A stretch of 64,000 nucleotides of DNA, from positions 13,231 to 77,230 of the forward strand of contig JACPLT010000001.1 in NCBI GenBank assembly GCA_016186365.1. The letters run 5' to 3'. The position numbers and the translations under genes were made by a program. Below, piece by piece: positions 8,968 to 19,600 of this stretch (its first letter is position 1; each line of letters starts with the position of its first letter). The notes beneath the pieces were generated by a model. It ran no database searches. It saw nothing but the letters and a program-made list of their open reading frames with translations, and had not been told where the DNA came from. Source of the stretch: Candidatus Pacearchaeota archaeon (lineage in GTDB: Archaea > Nanobdellota > Nanobdellia > Pacearchaeales > GW2011-AR1).

Positions 8968-11037
8968 CTACTTCACTAAGAGATAAGACCTTGTTTTTTT
9001 CCCTGCTTTTGCTTGCCTGCCCTCTTTTTTCTCTCCCTCAAATATAAGCTTAATTCTCTTTTTAAACTCTTCGAAGCGTTCAGTTACTATTCTATCTTTT
9101 TTCAATGATTCAAGGTATTTAATTACTCTCTCTTCGGTTATTCCTTGTTTCTGCAGATTATAAAACTCACTGATTCCAAGAGGCCCAAGAATATCAATTA
9201 AAAGTTCCTTAACTTCTTTTTCTATATCTGCTCTTCCTGAAAACAAGATTTTTATTGGTCTCATTTCTCTCACAGGCTCAAGAGGAACAGCAAAGTGGAA
9301 CACCGTGCCAACTCCTTTTTTGCTTTCAAACCATATTTTTCCATTCTGGCTTTCTACAATCCCCTTGCATATTGCTAATCCAAGTCCTGTTCCTCCAAAT
9401 TTTCTTGCATACATCCCTCCTGCTTGGAAAAATGGCTCAAAAATTCTTCCCTGCTCTTCATCAGCAATTCCATCTCCATAATCTTTGACAGTAAAATAAA
9501 TAAAATCTTTCTCTTTTTTAGCATAAACCTCAATTTTGCCATTATCTTTTGAAAATTTAATTGCATTGTTCAATAAATTTCTCAAAACCTGCATAACTCT
9601 GTCAGAATCAACTTCAATAACAGGCAAGCTATCAATATAAGGTTCTATTTTAATCTTCTTTTCAGGCATAAATCCCTTCATTTCCTCAATTGTTCTTTTT
9701 ATTGGTTCATTTAAGCTAGTTTTGACAAACTCAAACTTTAATCTTGCTGCTTCAATTCTTGAAATTTCTAAAAAGTCTTGAATAATCTTGTCTAATCTTT
9801 CTGTATTATTAAGGACAATTTGCAGTGATTCTCTTTGCTCCTTAGTTAGCTTACCAAAATAGTCTCCCAATACCATCTGCAATTGAGCTTTCATAGGAGT
9901 CATAGGACTTCTTAATTCATGTGAAGTTATAGAAAGGAACTCTGTTTTTGCCTTGTCCACCTGTTTTCTCTGCTCATCTGTTTTTTCCATTTGTTCAATT
10001 GTATTATTAAATACATTTCCCAATTCCTCAAACTCATCACCTGTTTTGATATTTGTCCTCGCCTTGAGATTTCCTCTCTCAATCTCTTTTGTTACAATAT
10101 AGAGCTGGTTCAAGGGTCTTAACATGCTCCTTGATAAATAAAAAATAGCAATAGAAAAAACAATAAATACAGATACTAAAACACTAATAAGGGCATATAA
10201 CAGTTTACTAGCAAGAGCAAAGGCTTCTTTTGTAGGAATAGCATATGTTACTATCCAATTATTTCCTTCAAAGTCAAGATATCCTGGCTCTTTTGCAAAA
10301 GCAACAATACTCTCTGTCCCTTCAATAAATTCAACATAGCTCCCAATTTCTTTGCCTTTAGATTTTTCATTTAATTGATTCCACATATGAGAAGTTTCCA
10401 TAAATAAGTCTCCGGAACCATGAGAAGAATATAAAGTGGCCCCTTCTTTATTGAGTAAATCTACATCATTATCTAATACCCCTTTAAGTAAAACATTATT
10501 TATTTTTGTAATAGGAACTCTTGCAACAATAACTCTGAATACATTTCCGTCTTTATCCTTAACAGGTGCTGCAAAATAAATTATAGGAGCTTTTAATTCC
10601 TCTGCGACCCTTATATCTGAGCCAGAGACTATTTTTCCATCTAAAACACCCCTCCAATAACCAATTAACTCATGCTGTTCTCCTATCATCAAGCCAGAAG
10701 TATCAGCTATTCTTGTTCTATTTATATCAAAAAGAGAGATAGAGGCATAACTTTTGTAAAAGTTCCTATATTCAATAAGCCTTTTTGTTATATCTTCAGG
10801 ATTAGAATCATGGTTGGTTATTAAGGAACCAGTAGCCATTACTTGGATATCAGAATACTTTTCATGCATTAATATATCAATTCTAAGCATGATCTCTTGC
10901 GTTTCCATTTCTAATCTATTGGTTATCTCTCTTTCAAGAGAAGCTTTGCTGACTGTATAAATATAAAAAGAAAGAATAACACCAATAAATAAGACGAATA
11001 TTCCAAATAACAGCAATAACTTATGTGAAAATTTCAT
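8968..11037 (-). CDS. Sensor histidine kinase (TM-dCache-TM-HAMP-HisKA-HATPase)
   Basis: H-box SHELRSP, N-box NLLNNAIKF, G1 DYGDGI, F IFEPFFQ, G2 GGTGLGLAIC. Confidence 0.95.
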   Translation of the reverse strand: MKFSHKLLLLFGIFVLFIGVILSFYIYTVSKASLEREITNRLEMETQEIMLRIDILMHEKYSDIQVMATGSLITNHDSNPEDITKRLIEYRNFYKSYASISLFDINRTRIADTSGLMIGEQHELIGYWRGVLDGKIVSGSDIRVAEELKAPIIYFAAPVKDKDGNVFRVIVARVPITKINNVLLKGVLDNDVDLLNKEGATLYSSHGSGDLFMETSHMWNQLNEKSKGKEIGSYVEFIEGTESIVAFAKEPGYLDFEGNNWIVTYAIPTKEAFALASKLLYALISVLVSVFIVFSIAIFYLSRSMLRPLNQLYIVTKEIERGNLKARTNIKTGDEFEELGNVFNNTIEQMEKTDEQRKQVDKAKTEFLSITSHELRSPMTPMKAQLQMVLGDYFGKLTKEQRESLQIVLNNTERLDKIIQDFLEISRIEAARLKFEFVKTSLNEPIKRTIEEMKGFMPEKKIKIEPYIDSLPVIEVDSDRVMQVLRNLLNNAIKFSKDNGKIEVYAKKEKDFIYFTVKDYGDGIADEEQGRIFEPFFQAGGMYARKFGGTGLGLAICKGIVESQNGKIWFESKKGVGTVFHFAVPLEPVREMRPIKILFSGRADIEKEVKELLIDILGPLGISEFYNLQKQGITEERVIKYLESLKKDRIVTERFEEFKKRIKLIFEGEKKEGRQAKAGKKTRSYLLVK

Positions 11038-11168
11038 CTATTCTTCCTCGGTTTATCTTTCATCTTCCCTCTTTTATATTTATAAACTAAATCCCTTTAA
11101 ATAGCTTCACTTTGAGTGATGGTCCATCAGCAATTTAAATGTAGCTTGCTTTTGCGGATATCTTCTTA

Positions 11169-12194
11169 TTACTTTGTAATAGAGGTTATAAATTGAGAAT
11201 CAATTATATCATCCAAATTTGTTAGTTTGTTTATCTGCCCCCTATTAAAATAAAATTCTGATATAAACTTTCCACTAGAATACAACTCTCCTTCTGGCGA
11301 TTTGGACATTGCCCTTATATTTTCTGCCAAACTGGGCTGATAAATTCCACTTAATCCTGAAGCTAATTCTTCATTTGTGAAGTTCTCAGCTTTTGCCATT
11401 ATATTTAGTGCCTCTTCCCTATTTGTTTTTTGGAATTCTTTTGCTTCAACCAGCGATTTTACAATTGCTTTTACTTTTTCAGGATTTTCTTCAACAAACA
11501 TAGAATTAAAGAAAAGCCCATCCACGATAATTCCTGGAATGTCTCCTGCTTTTCCTAATTGCTTATATCCCTTTGCCAAAGCAGCTGATTTAGTAGGCTC
11601 CCATGTGTGCCCTGCATCTATCTTCCCGTTTTCTAAAGCACTTAAAACATCATCTGCAGAAACATCTACAAATCGAACATCGGTTTCCTTTAACCCTACC
11701 TTTTCTAAAGAAGCAAGCACAAATATATTGGAAAAGCTATTTATTCCATCAATCCCAACTTTTTTCCCCTTCAAGTCAGAGAGAGAATTAAACTCCTTTC
11801 TTCCTATTATAATATCTCCAGATTCTGAATAATCCGTAATATATACAAATTTAGTCTTTATGCCTTCTGAATAATCTTTAATTGCATCAGAATAAACCTC
11901 AAAAATCCCATCTAACCTTTCATCTTTAAATCTTTCCCTAGACACAAAATAATCTTGATCATATATAAGCTCAACTTTAACTCCATTTTTCTCAAAAAAT
12001 CCTTTCTCCTGTGCAACAAATGCAAAAGCATAACCTGGCCATTGACCAATTGATATTTTTACAGGAGTTTCATCAAGATTTATCTTTGTGCTAGAACTAT
12101 AGTAATAAATCCCCCCCGCTATTGCCAGAACTAAAATTACCCCAATAACTATCCAAATTGCTTTATTCATTTTTCCTCTTTTATAATTAAGCAT
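11169..12194 (-). CDS. SsuA/NMT1-type solute-binding protein
   Basis: N-terminal TM anchor; WPGY..VAQEKGFF, SLSDLKGKKVG, GKIDAGHTWEP. Confidence 0.88.
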   Translation of the reverse strand: MLNYKRGKMNKAIWIVIGVILVLAIAGGIYYYSSSTKINLDETPVKISIGQWPGYAFAFVAQEKGFFEKNGVKVELIYDQDYFVSRERFKDERLDGIFEVYSDAIKDYSEGIKTKFVYITDYSESGDIIIGRKEFNSLSDLKGKKVGIDGINSFSNIFVLASLEKVGLKETDVRFVDVSADDVLSALENGKIDAGHTWEPTKSAALAKGYKQLGKAGDIPGIIVDGLFFNSMFVEENPEKVKAIVKSLVEAKEFQKTNREEALNIMAKAENFTNEELASGLSGIYQPSLAENIRAMSKSPEGELYSSGKFISEFYFNRGQINKLTNLDDIIDSQFITSITK

Positions 12195-12253
12195 AGAAAA
12201 TAAACTTTATAAATCCTCTTGTGCAAAACGTGAACCAAACTAATTAAAAAAGA

Positions 12254-12781
12254 TTAATTATTAGATTTCTGCGCGGTATCAATAACTTTATCGGCATAAG
12301 TTTGCGCTTTCTTTATAATTTGCTGCTGGTCTTCAACATCCAAGACTAAGAAAATTGACCGAAGATTTTCTACAGATTTCATATCATTAATAAGACTTGA
12401 AAAAAACCTTTCAACGATAATATTAGAGTTATATGTTGAAAGATTAGTTATAGAATCAAAAACAATAAAATCAAACTCCTGATTTAATATCTTTTTTATT
12501 GCTAAACTCAGTTCAGTTAAAGAAGAAGGAGACGAAAGAAAATAACATCTATCAGAAGAATTAACTTTTTTCATAGAACCAGAAATAGCATCAAGATAAA
12601 AAAAGTTTTTTTCACTTATTTTTCTATTTTTAAAAAGCTCTTCTATTGCGGGCCAGGTTTTATTATAGCTTATATATAAAACTCTCTTTCCACTTAGGCT
12701 TTTTCCAATATCTGTAGTTACTTTTCCGTAATCTAATGAATGTATTAATACAAGATTTGTTTTGTCAAATTTAAATCCCAT
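12254..12781 (-). CDS. Degenerate KaiC/RecA-fold protein
   Basis: YISYNKT, YLDAIS, SSPSSLTELS, IVFDSITNL, YADKVID. Confidence 0.75.
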   Translation of the reverse strand: MGFKFDKTNLVLIHSLDYGKVTTDIGKSLSGKRVLYISYNKTWPAIEELFKNRKISEKNFFYLDAISGSMKKVNSSDRCYFLSSPSSLTELSLAIKKILNQEFDFIVFDSITNLSTYNSNIIVERFFSSLINDMKSVENLRSIFLVLDVEDQQQIIKKAQTYADKVIDTAQKSNN

Positions 12782-13150
12782 TTATTTTTTCTCCAAAATC
12801 TTATTAACTCTTTTTAATAAATCCGAATTATCAAAGGGCTTTTGAATATAATCAACTATATTTTTGCTAATTTTCAACCCTTCCTTCTCAGCATCACTCA
12901 TTCTCACAACACTTAAAAAAGAAATCTTGACATCTTTAGAAATTTTAGATATCATCTCCCTTACTGGAGTTCCAGGCATCATGATATCCAATAGAATCAA
13001 ATCCGGCTTTTCTTTCTTTAATTTCTTTAAAGCATCATCAGCATCAACACAAAGAATTACCTTATATTTATTTTTCTCAAGAAGAAGTTTCATAGTTCTC
13101 CTTATATCCTCTTCATCATCTACAACCATCACTATTTTTTGTTCCGACAT
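12782..13150 (-). CDS. Stand-alone receiver
   Basis: VVDDEED, LLDIMMPG, LS, IQKPF. Confidence 0.92.
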   Translation of the reverse strand: MSEQKIVMVVDDEEDIRRTMKLLLEKNKYKVILCVDADDALKKLKKEKPDLILLDIMMPGTPVREMISKISKDVKISFLSVVRMSDAEKEGLKISKNIVDYIQKPFDNSDLLKRVNKILEKK

Positions 13151-13221
13151 ATTAACTTCCTTTTATTGTTTAACCAACTAATAATCGAGAGTTTATAACC
13201 TCTGAGTATTATCAGATTAGA

Positions 13222-13749
13222 TTATTCTCCCAAATCAATAACCTTATCCACAAACATTCCGCTTTCTTTTATCAAAGCTTCCTGTTCTTTTACTGAAAGA
13301 GCATAAAAAATTGCTTTGGTTTTGCTTTCTTTAATCTTATTAACAAGACTTGCCACAAATTTTGAAACAGGCGCCTTGCTCTGATAAACAAGCAAATTAG
13401 TCAAAGAATCAAATATAATATAATCAAAATTATGCCTGACAAACTTTGAAATAACCAAGGAAATTTCAGTTAATGCTCCGGGAGAAGAGCAATAATAAAC
13501 CCCTTCTGATTGGTCTGGAACATTCTTAATTGTCTTTGAAATAGCATCAACAAAAACAATGCTCTCTGTTTTAATCTTATTTTTCTTAAAAAGTTCAACT
13601 AAAGAATCCTTTGTTTTATTCAAAGTTACATAAGCTATATTACTTTTAGACAATTCTTTGACTATGTCTACTATTTCTTTATTATAGTCTGCACTAGACA
13701 TAATTAAAAGTATTGTCTGGTTATTAGAAAGCTCTTTTTTTATGTTCAT
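13222..13749 (-). CDS. Degenerate KaiC/RecA-fold protein
   Basis: YVTLNKT, FVDAIS, SSPGALTEIS, IIFDSLTNL, FVDKVID. Confidence 0.75.
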   Translation of the reverse strand: MNIKKELSNNQTILLIMSSADYNKEIVDIVKELSKSNIAYVTLNKTKDSLVELFKKNKIKTESIVFVDAISKTIKNVPDQSEGVYYCSSPGALTEISLVISKFVRHNFDYIIFDSLTNLLVYQSKAPVSKFVASLVNKIKESKTKAIFYALSVKEQEALIKESGMFVDKVIDLGE

Positions 13750-13751
13750 TT

Positions 13752-14105
13752 CTATGCTCCAACAAATTTTTTTACTTGTTTAACCAAATCATCTATATCA
13801 AATGGCTTTTGTATAAACCCGACAATATTCTTGCTCTTCATCAAGTCGCCTCTTTCAGCTTCCGAAGTTCTTACAACGGAAAGATAAGCTATCTTTGTTC
13901 CTATCATTTTTGGAATTATTTCTCTTACAGGAGTTCCAGGCATCATTATGTCCATTAAAACCAAATCAGGTTTTTGCTTTTGCCATTTTTTTAAAGCGTC
14001 ATCGGCGCTTACTGCTGTAATGACATTATACCCATTTCTTTCCAAAATTGCTTTAACAGTAGTTACATTGTCAGGCTCATCATCCACAATCATTATTGTT
14101 TTCAT
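13752..14105 (-). CDS. Stand-alone receiver
   Basis: IVDDEPD, LMDIMMPG, LS, IQKPF. Confidence 0.92.
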   Translation of the reverse strand: MKTIMIVDDEPDNVTTVKAILERNGYNVITAVSADDALKKWQKQKPDLVLMDIMMPGTPVREIIPKMIGTKIAYLSVVRTSEAERGDLMKSKNIVGFIQKPFDIDDLVKQVKKFVGA

Positions 14106-14178
14106 TTTATTCTTCCTAAGCTTTTAAAATGAAAAGCCTGAAAATCTTCAATTTTCTTGATTTTTGCCATATTGATCT

Positions 14179-14526
14179 TTATTTTAAAACCTCCTTGATT
14201 TTTTTCACAAATTCTTTTGGTGAAAATGGCTTTTGTATAAATCCGTCTATATCAGCCATATCAACCTCCGATTTTGGAACAACAGTAACATAAACCATTT
14301 TAACTTTGTGATTCAATTTTTCTCTTAATAATCTCAATAAATCATATCCAGACAAAGTGGGCATCATAATATCAAGTAGAATTAAATCAGGTTTAACTGT
14401 TTTAAGCAAATCAATGGCATATGCCCCATTTTTTGCTGTTGTAACTCCATATTCCTCTTTTTCAAGAATCGTCCTCATAGTTTCCAAAACATCCGCTTCA
14501 TCATCCACAATTAGTATCTTTTTCAT
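14179..14526 (-). CDS. Stand-alone receiver
   Basis: IVDDEAD, LLDIMMP, VT, IQKPF. Confidence 0.92.
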   Translation of the reverse strand: MKKILIVDDEADVLETMRTILEKEEYGVTTAKNGAYAIDLLKTVKPDLILLDIMMPTLSGYDLLRLLREKLNHKVKMVYVTVVPKSEVDMADIDGFIQKPFSPKEFVKKIKEVLK

Positions 14527-14669
14527 TTTATCCTCTTTTTAACTAATTGGAGAGGCAGAATTGCTAGGGTCATTTCTTCATCCACAATAAATATCTTTTT
14601 TGCATTTTTATTTTTCTCTTTTTCCTTATCTAACCAGGTTTTGCTTACTTTTAAACCTTTTCAGCCTTT

Positions 14670-15676
14670 GATACTGTCAACTTAAAGGGATAAATATATA
14701 AATCCATGAAATTTTACCTTTGTGAAAGGAGGTAAAATATTATGAAATGTCCTTATTGTAAATCTGAAAATATTTCTAAAAGAGGTAAAAGATTTAATAA
14801 ATCGGAAACAAAACAACTTTATCTTTGTAATAAATGTAAAAGAAAATTTGTTGAACAAAATGGATTTGAAAGAATGAGGTATAATAAAAAACATATTGTT
14901 CGAGCAATTCATCTTCATAATGAAGGGCTTTCACTTTTTCAAGTGAAAGACCATTTATGGCAACATGATGGAATAAAAGTAAGTAGAGAAGCAGTAAGAG
15001 AATGGTGCAATAAGTATAGTATTTTTTTAAAATAGAATAAATGATAATGTTTCTCCAATAATTAAAGGAAATATTCATTATGATGAGAAATATGTTAAAG
15101 TTAATGGTGATGATGCATTTGATTTGAATGCAATAGATAGCAAATCTAAATTTATTCTTGCTCATTTGTTCGTCGAGAAACGAACAAAAAAGAAATGTAT
15201 AGAATTTTTGAAACAAATTAAAGATACATGCTATAATCAAATTCTGACAAAATATTATATTGCAAAATACAATGAGACAAAAAGTAAAAATAAAGTAAAA
15301 TTTGTCTGCGACAAATTTGCAAATTATAAATCCGCATTCAACAAATTGTTTTATAGAATTGCTGAATTGGAATTCGGAGTTCCAATTGCATGTAAAAAAT
15401 ATAATTTTGAGCATAACAATAATCCAATTGAAAGATATAATGGAAAAACAAAAGACAGGATAAAATCAATAAGAAGTGGATTCAAAAATTTTGAAGATGC
15501 AAAATGTTTTATAGATTTAAGAAGAATAATTTACAACTATGTAAATCCTCATCAAGAATTGAAGGGAAAAACTCCTGCTGAAAATGCAGGCATTAATTTG
15601 AAGTTAGAGAGAAATAAGTTGTTGAACCTGATTAAATATGTCAAAGATAACTATGCACCGTTATCTTGACAGTATC
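14670..15676 (+). mobile_element. Insertion sequence (IS1/IS6-like DDE), 1007 bp
   Basis: 11-bp TIR gatactgtcaa/ttgacagtatc; 9-bp TSD tcagccttt at 14661-14669 and 15677-15685. Confidence 0.9.
14742..15669 (+). CDS. DDE transposase split over two frames (Zn-finger/HTH ORF 14742-15035, catalytic ORF from about 15031)
   Basis: CPYC...CNKC zinc finger and HTH; next frame RINDN...HYDEKYVKV...VCDK...NNNPIERYNG...YNYVNPHQELKGKTPAE; junction ATTTTTTTAAAATAG. Confidence 0.88.
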
Positions 15677-16661
15677 TCAGCCTTTCTTCCAGCACAGGCA
15701 ATTCCTCCTTTATCTCCTGCAACCTTTCTTCATACTTCTTCATTCTTATGTTATAAACTAAACCTGAAATTTTATTTTCTTTAAATCTTTCTGTTTGTGT
15801 TTTCTTCATTAAATCATTCAAAACCCGCTCTTCTGTTTTCATTTTTCTTATCTTGTTTATTAATAATTTTTTCTCATATCTTTTATAGGTGAAATAACCC
15901 ACAATTCCCAAGATAATCAATAAGAGTATTATGTGAATCCAGTATCTTTGGAAAAAGTTCATTGCTCCTTTTTTAATTCCAGATAAAGTTGATAACTGTG
16001 CTTTTTCTTTTTCTAATGCAAGATTAAACTCAGTCAATAAATTTTCACTATCATTGTATCTTTCTTCTGAAAAAGCCAGTTTAGCTTGGATTAAGATATT
16101 GAGAGTTTCATTGGAGATACCTGCAGAGGAAGAGGAAAATAATCCAACACTTTTAAGTTCAGCATTATTATTAAGATTATTATCTTCAACACTTATTTTA
16201 TCTAAAAGCAGATATGCAATCTCTTTCCTGCTCTGAATATCATTAGTATATACTAAAACATCTGCATAATCTATATCTTGCCACTTAACTAATCTTAATG
16301 CGTTCCTTGCATCTGTCTTTTCTTTATCTGTTGAATTATTATCTCGCAATATTTCCGCATATCTTGCCTGTTCAAATACTAGTTTTGCTTCAATTAAACT
16401 ATCATTCATATAAACAACAGAAAAGTTTTTTTCTTGCATTTCTTTAATTATCTGCTCAGAGTCATTTATTGCTTGCAATGCATCTTGTTTTGTGATAATC
16501 TTCTCATTTACAATTTGATTGCTATTACTTTTGAGATCACTATTAGAATCATTATAAACAGCAAATCCAGTAAAATTTGAATTCTGAATATTAAAAATAA
16601 AGAAGGATATTCCTAAGACTAAGAAAATGCTTACAATCATAATAAATATTTGTTGTTTCAT
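15651..16661 (-). CDS. Two-TM coiled-coil membrane protein; C-terminus replaced by the IS
   Basis: N-terminal TM plus TGFAV, second TM (FFQRYWIHI...), coiled coil; similar to the C-terminal part of the giant protein upstream. Confidence 0.8.
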   Translation of the reverse strand: MKQQIFIMIVSIFLVLGISFFIFNIQNSNFTGFAVYNDSNSDLKSNSNQIVNEKIITKQDALQAINDSEQIIKEMQEKNFSVVYMNDSLIEAKLVFEQARYAEILRDNNSTDKEKTDARNALRLVKWQDIDYADVLVYTNDIQSRKEIAYLLLDKISVEDNNLNNNAELKSVGLFSSSSAGISNETLNILIQAKLAFSEERYNDSENLLTEFNLALEKEKAQLSTLSGIKKGAMNFFQRYWIHIILLLIILGIVGYFTYKRYEKKLLINKIRKMKTEERVLNDLMKKTQTERFKENKISGLVYNIRMKKYEERLQEIKEELPVLEERLRYCQDNGA

Positions 16662-16662
16662 G

Positions 16663-19600
16663 TTATAGTATGTTCATTCTTTTTATTTTTTCTCTTATTT
16701 TAGCTTCCTCTCTTGCTCTTTTATTCTCTCTCATTTTACTAAAATTGTAGAATGGGTATTTTATAAATCCTATAATTTTAAGGAAAAATATTCTAACTCT
16801 TCCTTGTTTTTTAAATTCTTTTTCGGATTTGATAACTGCTCTTTCCAATTCTTTGTTAGTATTTTCAAATTGAATTTTGCCTGATTCATTTTTCTTTAGC
16901 ATCTCAAAAGTTATTCTCTCCCCTTCTATCTCTGCTAATCTCTCGTTCAAAATTTTAAATTCTGTGTTATATTCACTTTCAGATATTTTTCTATCTCTAT
17001 AGAACTGCTCCTGCACCTTTTTAATTTCATTCTCAACCTGAATTCTTTCTATTACTAAATCCTGCAAAATTTGCTGAGGTTTAAGCATTTTTATTCTTTT
17101 ATTTCTTAAGTTTAATCTCTCTTGTTTTATTTTCGCTAATTTGTTTTGATGCTGGCTCATTACTCTATGATACTCTCCAACAGAAATCTTTCCAGAAAAA
17201 TAATTTCTTTGAGCAGACAAGATAAGCCCCCTTATGTTGTCCTCTTCTTTATCAATGTCTTGTATCTTTCCAGTTATTGCAGATTTTTGATAGGTTTTAT
17301 AAGAAAAAATTCCAAACATTGTTAAAAGTACAAATCCTATTAAAACAAAATGCCAGTATAAATACAAGAATAAACCAAAATTGCCTTTTCTTTCAAGCAG
17401 AAGCAAAACCTGTGATGATTTAGCTCTTTCTTCTGCAGTTGCATAATCTCCTCTTTTAAATGCAGCTATTGCCATGTTTAAAACACTTTCAGCAGAATCC
17501 CCACTAAAAATAACTTTTCCAGTTAACATTGAATTAATAGAAACATTATCCCCATTTTCATCAACAATATCCTTTGCTACATTTCCTGTTAATAAATTAG
17601 TTTTTCTTGGATCTTTTAATGCTTCTAAAATTTTATTTATTAACTTATCAACCCCAACCGCTTTGTCTTTTATACTAATAATCTTTTCAGATAAAACCTG
17701 TGCTTCTTTATTTCTGTTTTCAGAAAGTTTATTTTTAGCTTGTTCAAGTAATTTATTAACCTCGTCTGTATTAAATCCAGAATTCGTCATTTCTAAAATC
17801 GCTTTTTCAGCTTCTGCTAAACTTAAATTGCTTTTTTCTTTGCTAACCTCTTGAATAATCAGTTTTATATTCTGGGTTTCTGTATAACTTATTTTTCCAG
17901 TTCCATCTACTTTATACCCCGATATAACTGCTTTCAGTGTATGTTCTTCATAACCTTCTTTGTAAGAAGGAATTTTTAATTTTACTGTGAATTTTTTAGT
18001 TTCTTTTGAATTAATTCTGTCTATTTTACTTGGAGATATGTCAACATACTGTGATGGAAATCCATCTAAAGTCATTGTTAAATCTTCCAAACTTGAATTA
18101 AAATATTTGTTATTTATTTCTATTTCAAAACTGTCCTGCTCTCCTCTTACGATTTCAATTGTTTTTGAATAAACAATTGATTCTCCACCTGCACCTGCCG
18201 TTCCACCACCACCTCCGCCACCACCAGTTCCAGGAGTTGTAATTGTTACTATTAAAGGATCTAAAATATTAATTTGCTTTGTTGCATTGCTAGTTGAATT
18301 CTCATTTGAATTAGACATTGCAGTTATATTGACAGTATTTGACGAAACAGAGCTTAAAACACCAATAACCAAGCTATTTGTAGAAGAAACTCCAATAGGA
18401 AGATTGCCAATATTTCTTGTATAATTTCCATTACTTAGAGAAAATTCAGAAGGCAAACTCCAATTAAGAACAACACCTGTTGCATCACTTGTTCCAAGAT
18501 TCTTTACACTTGCAACTAATTCAACTCCAGATTGTCCTCTTGTTACAGAACTAGAATAAGTATCAATGCTTGCAACAAGATAAGGTCCTGCTGCTGTTTG
18601 AATATAGACTTGCTTTGAATAAGCTTGTGTACCTGCATTAGAATTTATTGTAATACTATAATCATACAAACCTGTAGGAAGACTAACAGAATTAACTTCA
18701 ACAGAAATATTAATTGCATTTCCACTTGAAACACTGTAATTCATAGAAGAATTGCCAGTATAATTAATACTTAATTTTCCATTCAAACTTGTTGATGATA
18801 AAACTATACTAAAATTCAAAGGAGTATCACCAGTATTATTCAAATACAGCAAGCCAAGAGGATTATTATTGGTTTCTTGAGCAAGAGTATATGACTTAAT
18901 ATCAGGAATTGTTGTTGAATTATAAAATCTTGTATCATTCTCAACAACTAAAGTGTAATTTGAAGAAATATTTGAATTTCCAGCAGAATCAGTTGCATTG
19001 ATCTTAAAGTACCATGTTTCATTTCCCAAAGTAATAGAAGCATTATAATTTGTTAATGTTGTATTTGACATTGACAAAGAAGTCCATGAAATTGCAGAAG
19101 AATTTTTATACATCAACTTAACATTTGATATCTGATAATCCTCAACAATATCTGCACTAATATTTACTGTTACTCCAGGATCAAGCTCTGCAGTTGTATT
19201 AGGAGTATAACTTATATTATAAATTTGAGGAAAACTATCATCTGTAATATTTATATTATAACTAGTTGTTAAATTTCCTCTTCCTGATGAATCATATAAA
19301 TAAATCTGGCTATTAAATCCCGGCATGGTTGTGTTTCCTGCTGCAATTATATAACTTAAACTAGAGGAAGTTCCTGATAAGGAAATTTGTGAGGAGTTCT
19401 GCCAAGTTCCTGTTGCATTATAACCAATTATTGCATAACTCAAGCCAACTGCATCAGAAACAGATGCTGAGCAGTTAACATCTTGCGAATTATTAACAGG
19501 ATTTGTGCATGTAAATGAATTCACAGAAGGATTATTCAAATCAACATAAATTATCGTTGATTTGTTTGCTTGATTTTTATTAGTTGAAGAATCATTTGCA

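Noticed and set aside
4843-14526. Chemotaxis operon
   Set aside because: No MCP signalling domain, CheA, CheW, CheB or CheR, and no archaellum genes
14794-15414. 206-aa minus-strand ORF (and 14682-14918)
   Set aside because: Antisense shadow of the transposase
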